A DNA stretch of 34,143 nucleotides from Reclinomonas americana ATCC 50394. Its lineage: Eukaryota. A program made the position numbers and the translations under genes. The stretch lies in assembly GCA_048213135.1 (NCBI GenBank), contig PS015379.1:1-34143 (forward strand), read 5' to 3'. Shown here in pieces: positions 25,115 through 34,143 of this stretch (positions within the stretch are counted from its first letter, which is position 1; each line of letters starts with the position of its first letter). The notes beneath the pieces were generated by a model that was given only the letters and a program-made list of their open reading frames with translations, made no database searches and had not been told where the DNA came from.

Positions 25115-25730
25115 GGTCAGACGCCCGATTCAAGGCGGAGCAAGACAAGACCGCGCCACTACCATGCGCTCGATCGCTGTTTAAAGAGGTTGCAGGGAGA
25201 GGCGCCCGATGCGGGGCGGTACAGCACATGGGGGACAAGCCAGGTGACATATAGAGGGGGAGGGAGAAAGAGCGGCGGGAAGTAGAGAAAGAGGGAGAAG
25301 GCAGTGACAGACACTCGGTTCACGGCGGAGCAAGACAAGACTGCCTGTGTTCCAAGCGCTTGATCGCTGTTAGACAGAAGCGGGGTGGAACAGCACTTGG
25401 GGGACATGTTTGGTGACAAATAGAGGGGGAGGGAGAAAGAGCGGCGAGGCCCGATGTGTTCCGGAAGAGCACTTGGGAGACGACAAGTCAGCCGATTACG
25501 CCAACAGTGACAAGGAGAGAGGGCGCGGCAGAGACACACAACGGAGTAGCACTCTGTAGACAAGCCAAACATGTGCCCATCGCTCGATCGCTGTAATAAG
25601 TGCAGAAGGGGGAGAGAAAAACAGAAAAGCGGCGACAGACACCCGAGTTCCGACCGCGAGATCACTGTTGAGGAAGAGAAAGAGGGGGGAGAGAGAGGGA
25701 GAAACCCAGCGACAGAGACCCGATGCGGAC
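25115..25730. repeat. Degenerate tandem repeat with a unit of about 170-220 bp
   Basis: ggcggagcaagacaagac occurs at about 25134 and 25324. (g)cgct(c/t)gatcgctgt occurs at about 25166, 25356 and 25581. tagagggggagggagaaagagcggcg occurs at about 25252 and 25421. Confidence 0.8.
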
Positions 25731-25911
25731 ATGGAGAGAGGAAGATTGAGAAAGTTGTGACAGGAACGCGCCATAAGTGAGAGAGAGAGGAGGACATCCG
25801 AACAACAACAGGCAAAGTAGAGACACGATGCTGAGGCAACATTTACGCAACACACGTTCTCAACGCCACACATAGCCATTGTCGCAAAACTTCCCGAGCC
25901 GCCGACGCAGC

Positions 25912-26449
25912 TTACTCCGCTTCGGCGACGGGTATTGCGACACCGTAGTACGCCTCGGCCTTGTAGACCATTCCGCGCTCGTTCACAAACATCTGCAATC
26001 ATGGCGAGAGGAATGAGGTCGTTGCAGAAAAGGTGCCTGCGTGAAGCGATCAACCCCCACGCGTACCACTTCGCTGGCGTCGACTGCCATGCCTCGCGCC
26101 GTGCTCACGTACAGAATGGAGAGCACACGCGCCTGTCGATCAACCGCCGCGCGCGTCAGCGCAAAGTGCAGGCGATGAGGTGCGAGATTGGCCAGTGCGC
26201 GGTTCCAGTACGCGCGCAGCTCTGCTCGGATCGAAGTGAGAAGGGATACGGTAAATAAAGGTGAGTGGGGGCGTGCTCACTCACCGTCCTTGCCGTGCAC
26301 GGTGGGCTTGCCAACGGTGGCCTGCGCTTTTGGCGAGGTGAACTCGCAGTCGTCGGTGAAGTGTGAGAGGACCTGTAGCGGGGGAATGGGTAAGAAAAGG
26401 GAAGGGGTGGCAAGGGAGGGAAGGCAAGGGAAAGCGAGATATATATATA

Positions 26450-26490
<41 letters not shown>

Positions 26491-27395
26491 CAAGGAGAAG
26501 AGGAAAGATGAGCACAAGGCGAGAGTGAGATCCAGTAGCAGAATTCGTGGTAGCTGGCAGGAAAGGCGCAACATTCTCAAGAAGAAGCAGAATGACGGAG
26601 AGCAGCAGAGGAAGGAGAAAAGGAGATACAATGGGAGTAGGTGTGGAAGCCGACTTTGTCATCGCAGCACTGAGTGATCGAGAAAGGGAAGCAGTGAGAG
26701 GAAGCGGGCACAAAAGGAAGGCGACTGGGGAGTGAGGAGACAGACTTCGTCAGCGGCTTTCTCGAATAAGGGGATTGAGAAAGAGACGCAGAAAAGGCAG
26801 AGAGATGAAGAGGAAAAAGGAAAATACCGCGACAGAGACAATAGTCGTAGTGGAAGCAGACTTTCTGCGAAGGAGGAATATCGAGGAAGAGGAACAGTGA
26901 AACGCAGAGAGCAGATGAGAAAGGAGGTGGCGGAGATCATTGACAGAGCGAGGAGACAGACATCGTCTCAAATATAGAAGATTGAGAAAGAGATGCAGTA
27001 ATATATCCAGAGAAGGCACAGTGGGAGGGTTGCCCGTCTTAGGAGGAAGCTAAAGGCAGAGGCGAAGCGAAGAGCACATCAGGCCACAGGCTGCTGCGAG
27101 CGCGGTCCGTCCCTCCCCCTGCCACCCTCTCCTTCTCCATTCACCTCCTCCACATCATGCCGCGTCCACGCAGCGCACCACTTGCGCGCCCACTCCTCTG
27201 GCGCCTCCATCGGATCCTCAACAACAGCCTGCTGCGATGGTGGCGGCGGAGGCGGAGGCACTGGGGGCGACGGTGGCGTCCGCACCTCATCGCGCCTCAA
27301 CCAATCACCATCCGCAAAGAAGCGACTGGCGGCCACCACCGACGGATCCGCACGCTGCACGTACATGAACGCCCGCGACGCACGCCGATCACCCG
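25912..27395 (-). CDS. SnoaL-like/NTF2-family domain protein; 5' end lost in the gap, preceded by a possible gamma-glutamylcyclotransferase-like C-terminus
   Basis: Exons 27395-27145, 26372-26285, 26221-26067 and 25992-25912 splice to ...WARKWCAAWTRHDVEE|VLSHFTDDCEFTSP..VHGKD|ELRAYWNRAL..LHFAL..LSILY..ASEV|MFVNERGMVYKAEAYYG..*. This is the pattern of bacterial SnoaL-like proteins. The ORF track misses most of it. Confidence 0.85.
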
Positions 27396-29230
27396 NNNNN
27401 NNNNNNNNNNNNNNNNNNNNNNNNNNNNNNNNNNNNNNNNNNNNNNNNNNNNNNNNNNNNNNNNNNNNNNNNNNNNNNNNNNNNNNNNNNNNNNNNNNNN
27501 NNNNNNNNNNNNNNNNNNNNNNNNNNNNNNNNNNNNNNNNNNNNNNNNNNNNNNNNNNNNNNNNNNNNNNNNNNNNNNNNNNNNNNNNNNNNNNNNNNNN
27601 NNNNNNNNNNNNNNNNNNNNNNNNNNNNNNNNNNNNNNNNNNNNNNNNNNNNNNNNNNNNNNNNNNNNNNNNNNNNNNNNNNNNNNNNNNNNNNNNNNNN
27701 NNNNNNNNNNNNNNNNNNNNNNNNNNNNNNNNNNNNNNNNNNNNNNNNNNNNNNNNNNNNNNNNNNNNNNNNNNNNNNNNNNNNNNNNNNNNNNNNNNNN
27801 NNNNNNNNNNNNNNNNNNNNNNNNNNNNNNNNNNNNNNNNNNNNNNNNNNNNNNNNNNNNNNNNNNNNNNNNNNNNNNNNNNNNNNNNNNNNNNNNNNNN
27901 NNNNNNNNNNNNNNNNNNNNNNNNNNNNNNNNNNNNNNNNNNNNNNNNNNNNNNNNNNNNNNNNNNNNNNNNNNNNNNNNNNNNNNNNNNNNNNNNNNNN
28001 NNNNNNNNNNNNNNNNNNNNNNNNNNNNNNNNNNNNNNNNNNNNNNNNNNNNNNNNNNNNNNNNNNNNNNNNNNNNNNNNNNNNNNNNNNNNNNNNNNNN
28101 NNNNNNNNNNNNNNNNNNNNNNNNNNNNNNNNNNNNNNNNNNNNNNNNNNNNNNNNNNNNNNNNNNNNNNNNNNNNNNNNNNNNNNNNNNNNNNNNNNNN
28201 NNNNNNNNNNNNNNNNNNNNNNNNNNNNNNNNNNNNNNNNNNNNNNNNNNNNNNNNNNNNNATGAATTGTTGTTGTTGGAACAGTGAAGTTAACGTTTAC
28301 AATTGCAAAACAAAACACTTCATTCCACATATGCATTCCAATAATATTGCAAGCTGTTTGAGTGTTTTTCCGACCAAGTCTCTCACCGAACAGGCCCTCG
28401 CCTGCAGCAGCACAGTGAGCCATTCTGGATCGTAGGTGCATCGATATCCCTCGCGCTGCGCATGCGCATGCGCAGCGTACATGCAGTATGCGAGGTGACG
28501 AGCACAACGCATGGTCTCTCTGCAGAGGTTTGGCAGTTGCGTCGTTGTCACGCACTCAACTTAAAAGTGATCGTACTCGTCCACCTCGTGGAGGCTCACC
28601 GGCGTCTGTTCTCGGCAAGTCCCTTGACCGCACTGCCTTGCACGTGCACTGCGGTGCAGCCGAATGACGGATTCGTCTCCATGGCCAGCTTGACGGTGGA
28701 TCGGCTGTTTACGATCGTGGCCTGTCCTGCTCGTGGAACGCTTGCGGCGCTGGATGTTGCTTCGCCGGTGCTGCTGCCTTGCTGTCTGAGGAGGACTTTG
28801 AACTTGTTGGTAACGGTGATGCGGAGGTGCTTGGAATTGGTCTCTCTGGGATGGAACTGGCATGAGGCAGCGGTTCGTGCTCAACTGGAGACTGACATAT
28901 GGATGCTTCTCGGGATTGGGGGCGCTTTCCGTGTCAGCACTGTGTGGAGGACTTCACGATTTTCCCGACTTAGCGTTTTTTTTGTGTTTCTTTGTATCAG
29001 AGCAGACACATTTTCTCTGCTGCCGTCGTGGCCGTTCATCGTCAATCCACTGGCAACTGCTTCAGCATCACTGCCACGCACACCAACAGAGGGGAAAAGC
29101 AATAGAGGAGGATGCGGAGGATGGAGAAGAAGAGTTTGCCCAAGATGACAGCGAGTTCCATTGGTCTCTCGCTCTGCTGTGACATTCTCGTTCCCTCCCT
29201 CTCTTTCTCTCAAACGCCGTCGACCGCGTT

Positions 29231-30625
29231 TCACTTAGCCCTCTCATCAGCGGGATCAACATCCACACACAATGCAAACTGCCGCAGTCGTCTGCTCAGC
29301 TCCTGCGCCACCGCCACCGCCGANNNNNNNNNNNNNNNNNNNNNNNNNNNNNNNNNNNNNNNNNNNNNNNNNNNNNNNNNNNNNNNNNNNNNNNNNNNNN
29401 NNNNNNNNNNNNNNNNNNNNNNNNNNNNNNNNNNNNNNNNNNNNNNNNNNNNNNNNNNNNNNNNNNNNNNNNNNNNNNNNNNNNNNNNNNNNNNNNNNNN
29501 NNNNNNNNNNNNNNNNNNAAGTGGCAGGAGCGGTCTGGCGGCGATGCTGCGAGCACTGGGCTGCAAGGAGAATGAGCCGGTGAGGTTTTATTGGGTGGTG
29601 CCTGCACACGTGTTCAAGGTGATGGACAGGCCGGCGGCTGTGACGCCGTCGGGAAAGAAGAAGAAGAAGGCAGAGGAGGAGGAGAAGGAGGAGAAAGAAG
29701 AANNNNNNNNNNNNNNNNNNNNNNNNNNNNNNNNNNNNNNNNNNNNNNNNNNNNNNNNNNNNNNNNNNNNNNNNNNNNNNNNNNNNNNNNNNNNNNTACC
29801 GCGGAATCTCCACCTTCGTCTCCACAACAACACCGCTGGTGAGCAGCTCACGGCACGCAAACTGGCCTCCGGCAGCCAGCACGCCATGCGCCATCTCCTC
29901 AAACACATGACCAGAGAGCACCGAGCCGACAGCACCCAGCATGCGCAGCCCCGACAGCAGGAACCTGGCGTTCTGCTGGGCGGAGACGCGCCAGAGCCGG
30001 AACAGCTCATTCATCACGTAGTGTGACGCAAAGTCGACGCAGGTGAGCCTAAAGTCATCGCGGTTGACAACGAGGTGCACGAGGCGGTGTGAGATGGTGT
30101 CCTCGCGGTCGTTGAGAGTGCCCGCCGCTCGGATAAGGTCCTCGGGCATGAAGCAGGAAAAGGCGCGCTGCAACGCCAGTTGCGCGTCAGCGCCGATGTT
30201 GGCGAGCACCATTCGCGCCGATCCGCCCCACTTGAGGTACCGCTGCAGCACCTCCTCGCGGTCTTGACTGGGGAATGCCACTTGTCGCAGCAGCTCGATT
30301 TCCTCATACTCATACGTTGGAAAATACAACGGCACCGCGCCATGCTTCTCAAAGTCCTTCCAGAGCAGTCGGTTGGGCGACGTGATGAGCAGTGACATGG
30401 TCACCTCGTCGGGCTCGTACAGGCCGGGCGTCGTGCCGTCCACCAGATACAGGTCGATGTGGCGACCCTCTCGTAAGTCGGCCGCGCTCACGGACCGCCA
30501 CACTCGATCGCCAACGATGAGATGCGGCTCGAACGCCTCGACAACACCGTGGCGCAGCAAGATCGTCTTCTCCGCCAGCAGGGCGCGGTAGAGCACATAC
30601 ATGCCGAATGCCGACTTGGAGCTGG
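29231..30625 (-). CDS. Crinkler (CRN)/RHS-type P-loop NTPase + restriction-endonuclease-like protein, fragmentary
   Basis: 30625-29797 reads KS (end of Walker A region)..LYLVDG (Walker B)..LITSP..YFPTYEYEEI..WGGSARMVL..SHRLVHL..FASHYV..GHVFEEMAH. 29323-29231 reads ..RLRQFALCVDV..*. These are hallmark motifs of CRN-family NTPase-REase effector proteins. The N-terminus and the REase core lie in gaps. Confidence 0.8.
29519..29702 (+). CDS. Inverted small contig carrying the CRN C-terminal segment
   Basis: Plus strand reads GLAAMLRALG..PVRFYWVVPAHVF, the (L/F)Y(F/W)VVP..F motif that precedes the terminal QF/Y strand in CRN REase domains. It is flanked by gaps on both sides. Confidence 0.65.
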
Positions 30626-32300
30626 NNNNNNNNNNNNNNNNNNNNNNNNNNNNNNNNNNNNNNNNNNNNNNNNNNNNNNNNNNNNNNNNNNNNNNNNNNN
30701 NNNNNNNNNNNNNNNNNNNNNNNNNNNNNNNNNNNNNNNNNNNNNNNNNNNNNNNNNNNNNNNNNNNNNNNNNNNNNNNNNNNNNNNNNNNNNNNNNNNN
30801 NNNNNNNNNNNNNNNNNNNNNNNNNNNNNNNNNNNNNNNNNNNNNNNNNNNNNNNNNNNNNNNNNNNNNNNNNNNNNNNNNNNNNNNNNNNNNNNNNNNN
30901 NNNNNNNNNNNNNNNNNNNNNNNNNNNNNNNNNNNNNNNNNNNNNNNNNNNNNNNNNNNNNNNNNNNNNNTCGACACACCCTCACCTCTTGTTGACAAGA
31001 AGCGGCGAGAGCACAGTGAGAGAGCGAACACATGTGCTCACTCCAGCAGCAGTGATAGCAGCAAGCCGACCTGTGGTGTTGTGAAGAAGACCTCGAATGA
31101 GCAATGTCGTCGCGAGAAAGAGCGGAGAAAAAACAGAGAAAAAGGGAGGGAGTGAGATGGAGACGCACCGGTGCTGGCAAGAGTGGCAAACATCGTTCTG
31201 CTGCAGGCTTTATAAGGAAACACAAAGTACGAATTTTCCACGCCACGGCATCGACACAACAATTGCAAAGAAAAAATAATAGAAACAACAACAACAACAA
31301 CTTTACTAATCCAAACAGCAACACAGCTGCATGATGATCACGATCTTGAGTGAGCACCAGAAACTCAGACATCACGAAAAAAAGCGAGAAAAAGTCGAGA
31401 TGGCTAATGCTGGCGTTTCTGCAAGAGAAACCACACGTACGGCTCATGACAAGCATGGATTTGACGCCGGATTCCACAAAGGAATGCAGAAAGATAGCAA
31501 GAGGTGTTGGTGTCAGAACACATAGGGAAAACCCAACAAAGCCAGACAACACAGCGTGCAAGCAAGAGGTCCCGGAAGGAGCTGAGGTGCAGAATCTGCA
31601 GCTCACAAAGTCCGAATTCGAAGTCGTGATCGAATACCGGCCAACTTCCCTCTGACATCGCACCAAACACTCGTTCTAGCTCTGATCCCCACGATCCACG
31701 GCCTGCGCAATGCAATGCAAGCCGATCCATCCAGCTCGCGAGGAATTCAAAAACCGGCTCCTCTGCAGATCCTACCTGCGACATCGCCCCATCTACTAGC
31801 TCCACCTCTGATCCCACCATGCACTACCACAAATCAAGTTTTCGAATTGCCCTTTTGCTCACAAACCCTCTTGCACACGTTCACGAAATCGAAATTTCAT
31901 CTGATTGACGATCGTTGTGTGTCACGCACTCTGTGCGTGTTTTGTCGCAAATGGACGCACGCAACATCTCACAGCGGTTGCGTGAGCTGAGCAAGGACCC
32001 GGCCGCACAACCATATGTGGTGCGACGTGGAGTGTTGACTGGAGTTGCGTGAGAGAGATGCGCGTGTGTGTGAGTGAGAGAGAGGCACGCAGGAGATGCA
32101 AGGAGAGAGCTGTCTCTCTCTTTCTGTTTCTCTGTCTTGTGTGTGTGTCTGTGTGTACGCATGTCTTCTCTAAGTGCGAAAAGTGCATGATTAAGGCGAG
32201 TTGTCTCGCGCGCTATGAGTGATCAGGGATCCACAGCATTCTTTGTGTCACAAGCTGTTGTCTCCTTCATGTCTGCGTGTGTGTGCGTGCAAGGGCTTAG

Positions 32301-32344
32301 CTCTCTCTCTCTCTCTCTCTCTCTNNNNNNNNNNNNNNNNNNNN

Positions 32345-32380
<36 letters not shown>
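32301..32380. repeat. (CT)n microsatellite spanning gap 32325-32344
   Basis: Seen directly in the sequence. Confidence 0.9.
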
Positions 32381-32385
<5 letters not shown>

Positions 32386-32496
32386 CATCCTCAATCGCTC
32401 TTCTTCTCCTTTCACCTGTCCCTCACTTCTCCTCCTTTGCTCAATCCCTTCTCTCTCTCTCTCTCCCTCACCTCTCCTCCTTCTCCCTCTTCCCAG

Positions 32497-33801
32497 CTCT
32501 GCGGCTTCGTCATCGACAGCGACGTGGTGGTGGCACACAACGCCCTCGACGCCCTCGGCTCTCTCTCCTCGCACCCCGACAACCAGGCACTCATGTGTCG
32601 CGAACCTCTCCTGCTGGCCAACGTGTGGACGGCCTTTCATCGTTGCGTTCTGGCGTCATTGTTGTGCAGGCGCAGGGCTCTTCCCATCGTTGACTGTGGT
32701 GCAACTGCGCAGTCACTGGCGGCGACCTGACGGCCTACGAGGCCGACGGCGTCACGTCGACTCAGATTCGCGACGCTGCCGCCACGGTGCTCACCAACTT
32801 GTGGGAGGCCATGCTGCAGCACTACGGCTCTGGTGCGATTCGAAAGCCTTCTTCTTCTGCTGCCCCTCCCTGCTTGTGGTGCTCATGCATTGTGTGTCTG
32901 TGCGTGTGTGCGTGTGCAGAGAGACCACGAGGCGTGGATCTGCCGGCACTGGAGGCGTATGTGTTGGAGACGCAGGGAATTGATTTGCGGCGAAAGCGAG
33001 AGGCGTTGGAGGCGCGGCGGGCATCCAGTGGTCGGGGAGCAGGAGCGGGCGAGGGTGGCTCGCTCTCCAAGGAGAGGCGATGGGTGATTATTGCGTTGAC
33101 GAATTTGCATCGAGCCGAAGTGCGCAAGCAGGTGCAGGATGCGCTGATCTCTGTGCGCGGCTTCATCTCGCTCGTCTTTGTGTTGGAGGACAATGTGGCG
33201 AAGATTCTCGCCCAATGCCCGACCGAGCACCTCCTGCAGGCGCTCGAAAAAGCAGGCCTGCTGATTCGCGGCGCCGACGGAGAGACGACTGTCGCCAATG
33301 GCCACGGTTCACCCTCCTCTTCGTCGTCGCCCACCAGCACCACCGTTTCCGCGGCGGCCGGCTCTGCTGCCGCACCACCGGCGGTCACCACCGAGCCCAC
33401 CGCAGTCGACTCGTCGACCGTCAACGGCGCGGAGCCCGACGAAGCGACCTCGGCGGCTGTCAGTTGCGGGCGGTGTTTCCACCCTTTTTATATATTTTTT
33501 GTTGGCGGCCTCACGACGCTGGTGTGCAGTCCGAGCACGCATGATGTACCTGCGTGAACACACACAAGCAGAAGAGGCACGGCTCACGGGCGCCGATCGC
33601 GGTCGTGGTCGCGTGCAGGTCAGAGTCGACGATGAGGATTTGGAGCGGCGGTTCTCGCGACGCGTTAGAAACAGGTGTGTTGTGAGGGGAAGAGTGGTTG
33701 TGAGTGGCAGTCGTGTGCAGAGTGCTGTGGGCGGACTGGTATTGCGTTCCTTGCTTCGTCTGGCGTTTGTTTGGGCGTCTCTCTTTCTCTCTGTGTGGTG
33801 A
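32497..33801 (+). CDS. ARMC1: Armadillo repeat-containing protein 1-like (ARM segment + HMA-like domain); first exon not placed
   Basis: Exons 32497-32641, 32713-32832, 32920-33462 and 33530-(33801). LCGFVIDSDVVVAHNALDALGSLSSHPDNQALMCREP resembles the ARMC1 ARM segment. RWVIIALTNL..RKQVQDALISVRGFISLVF resembles its HMA-like domain. The frame ends in ..FLSVW*, and ARMC1 also ends in Trp. Both termini are uncertain. Confidence 0.75.
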
Positions 33802-34054
33802 GCAGCTTTGCGCACATGGCGTTTCGTGATTCGCGTTGAGCTGTGTGGGATCTGTTCTCCTCTCTCTCTCGTGCGTTCTCTCTTTCTCTGTGAGTGGCGG
33901 CCTGTTGTGCATACACGTTGTTTCGCGATTCGTGAAGGGCTGTGCGAGACCATTTCGAAAATGTGCTCTCCTAGTTCTTCTCCCTCTCGCGCGCTTTGTC
34001 CTTTCTCTGGTGAACAGACTGGCTTGGGAGACCTTGCCGAGATTGCATTGCGTT

Positions 34055-34071
34055 TTCTTTCTTTCTTTCTT

Positions 34072-34143
<72 letters not shown>
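34055..34143. repeat. (CTTT)n-(CT)n microsatellite at the window end
   Basis: Seen directly in the sequence. Confidence 0.95.

Larger units (their letters stand above)
2885..32344. other. Assembly gaps (N runs): 2885-3574, 4432-4451, 9992-10412, 27396-28261, 29324-29518, 29703-29796, 30626-30970, 32325-32344
   Basis: N runs; several abut microsatellites or low-complexity tracts. Confidence 0.99.

Noticed and set aside
25115-25730. CRISPR-like array
   Set aside because: The context is eukaryotic, the units are long and degenerate with similar rather than unique spacers, and there are no cas genes.
28462-29148. 228-aa plus-strand ORF and overlapping minus frames
   Set aside because: No motifs or convincing splice structure. 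It could be UTR or an unrecognised exon, but I cannot support it.
31404-31820. Minus-strand ORF MVGSEVELVDG.. as the CRN N-terminus or a separate gene
   Set aside because: No recognisable CRN header motif, and it cannot be joined across gap 30626-30970.
32215-32300. MSDQGSTAFF.. as the first ARMC1 exon
   Set aside because: No clear in-phase donor, and a gap intervenes; left unassigned.
1-34143. Alternative genetic code or programmed frameshifts to explain the fragmented ORFs
   Set aside because: Every break I traced is resolved by a short GT-AG (once GC-AG) intron, and the genes end in ordinary TGA or TAA.

Overview
Draft-assembly scaffold from an intron-rich, flagellated eukaryote (probably a protist; the lineage cannot be fixed from this window). 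Exons are GC-rich, most introns are short (about 55-100 nt) GT-AG, and there are eight N gaps. I spliced the genes by hand with the standard code. They are: (1) a 5'-truncated axonemal outer-arm-type dynein heavy chain (+, 1-11923), whose AAA1-proximal contig is inverted between two gaps; (2) an EGLN/PHD-like 2OG-Fe(II) dioxygenase (-); (3) a roughly 2,200-2,300 aa type-I surface protein of about 35 exons, built from cadherin-like, NHL-propeller, Cys-paired IPT-like and FN3 modules (-); (4) an orphan multi-pass membrane protein (-); (5) a SnoaL/NTF2 protein apparently fused to a gamma-glutamylcyclotransferase-like tail (-); (6) a gapped Crinkler/RHS-type NTPase-REase gene (-); (7) an ARMC1-like gene (+). 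The most unusual signal is in the splice sites. About a quarter of the roughly 60 donors I could place read N|GTTGCG(T), which is the normal G|GTGCGT consensus shifted by one base, and none of these has G at exon position -1. This suggests a frequent second 5' splice-site recognition mode.
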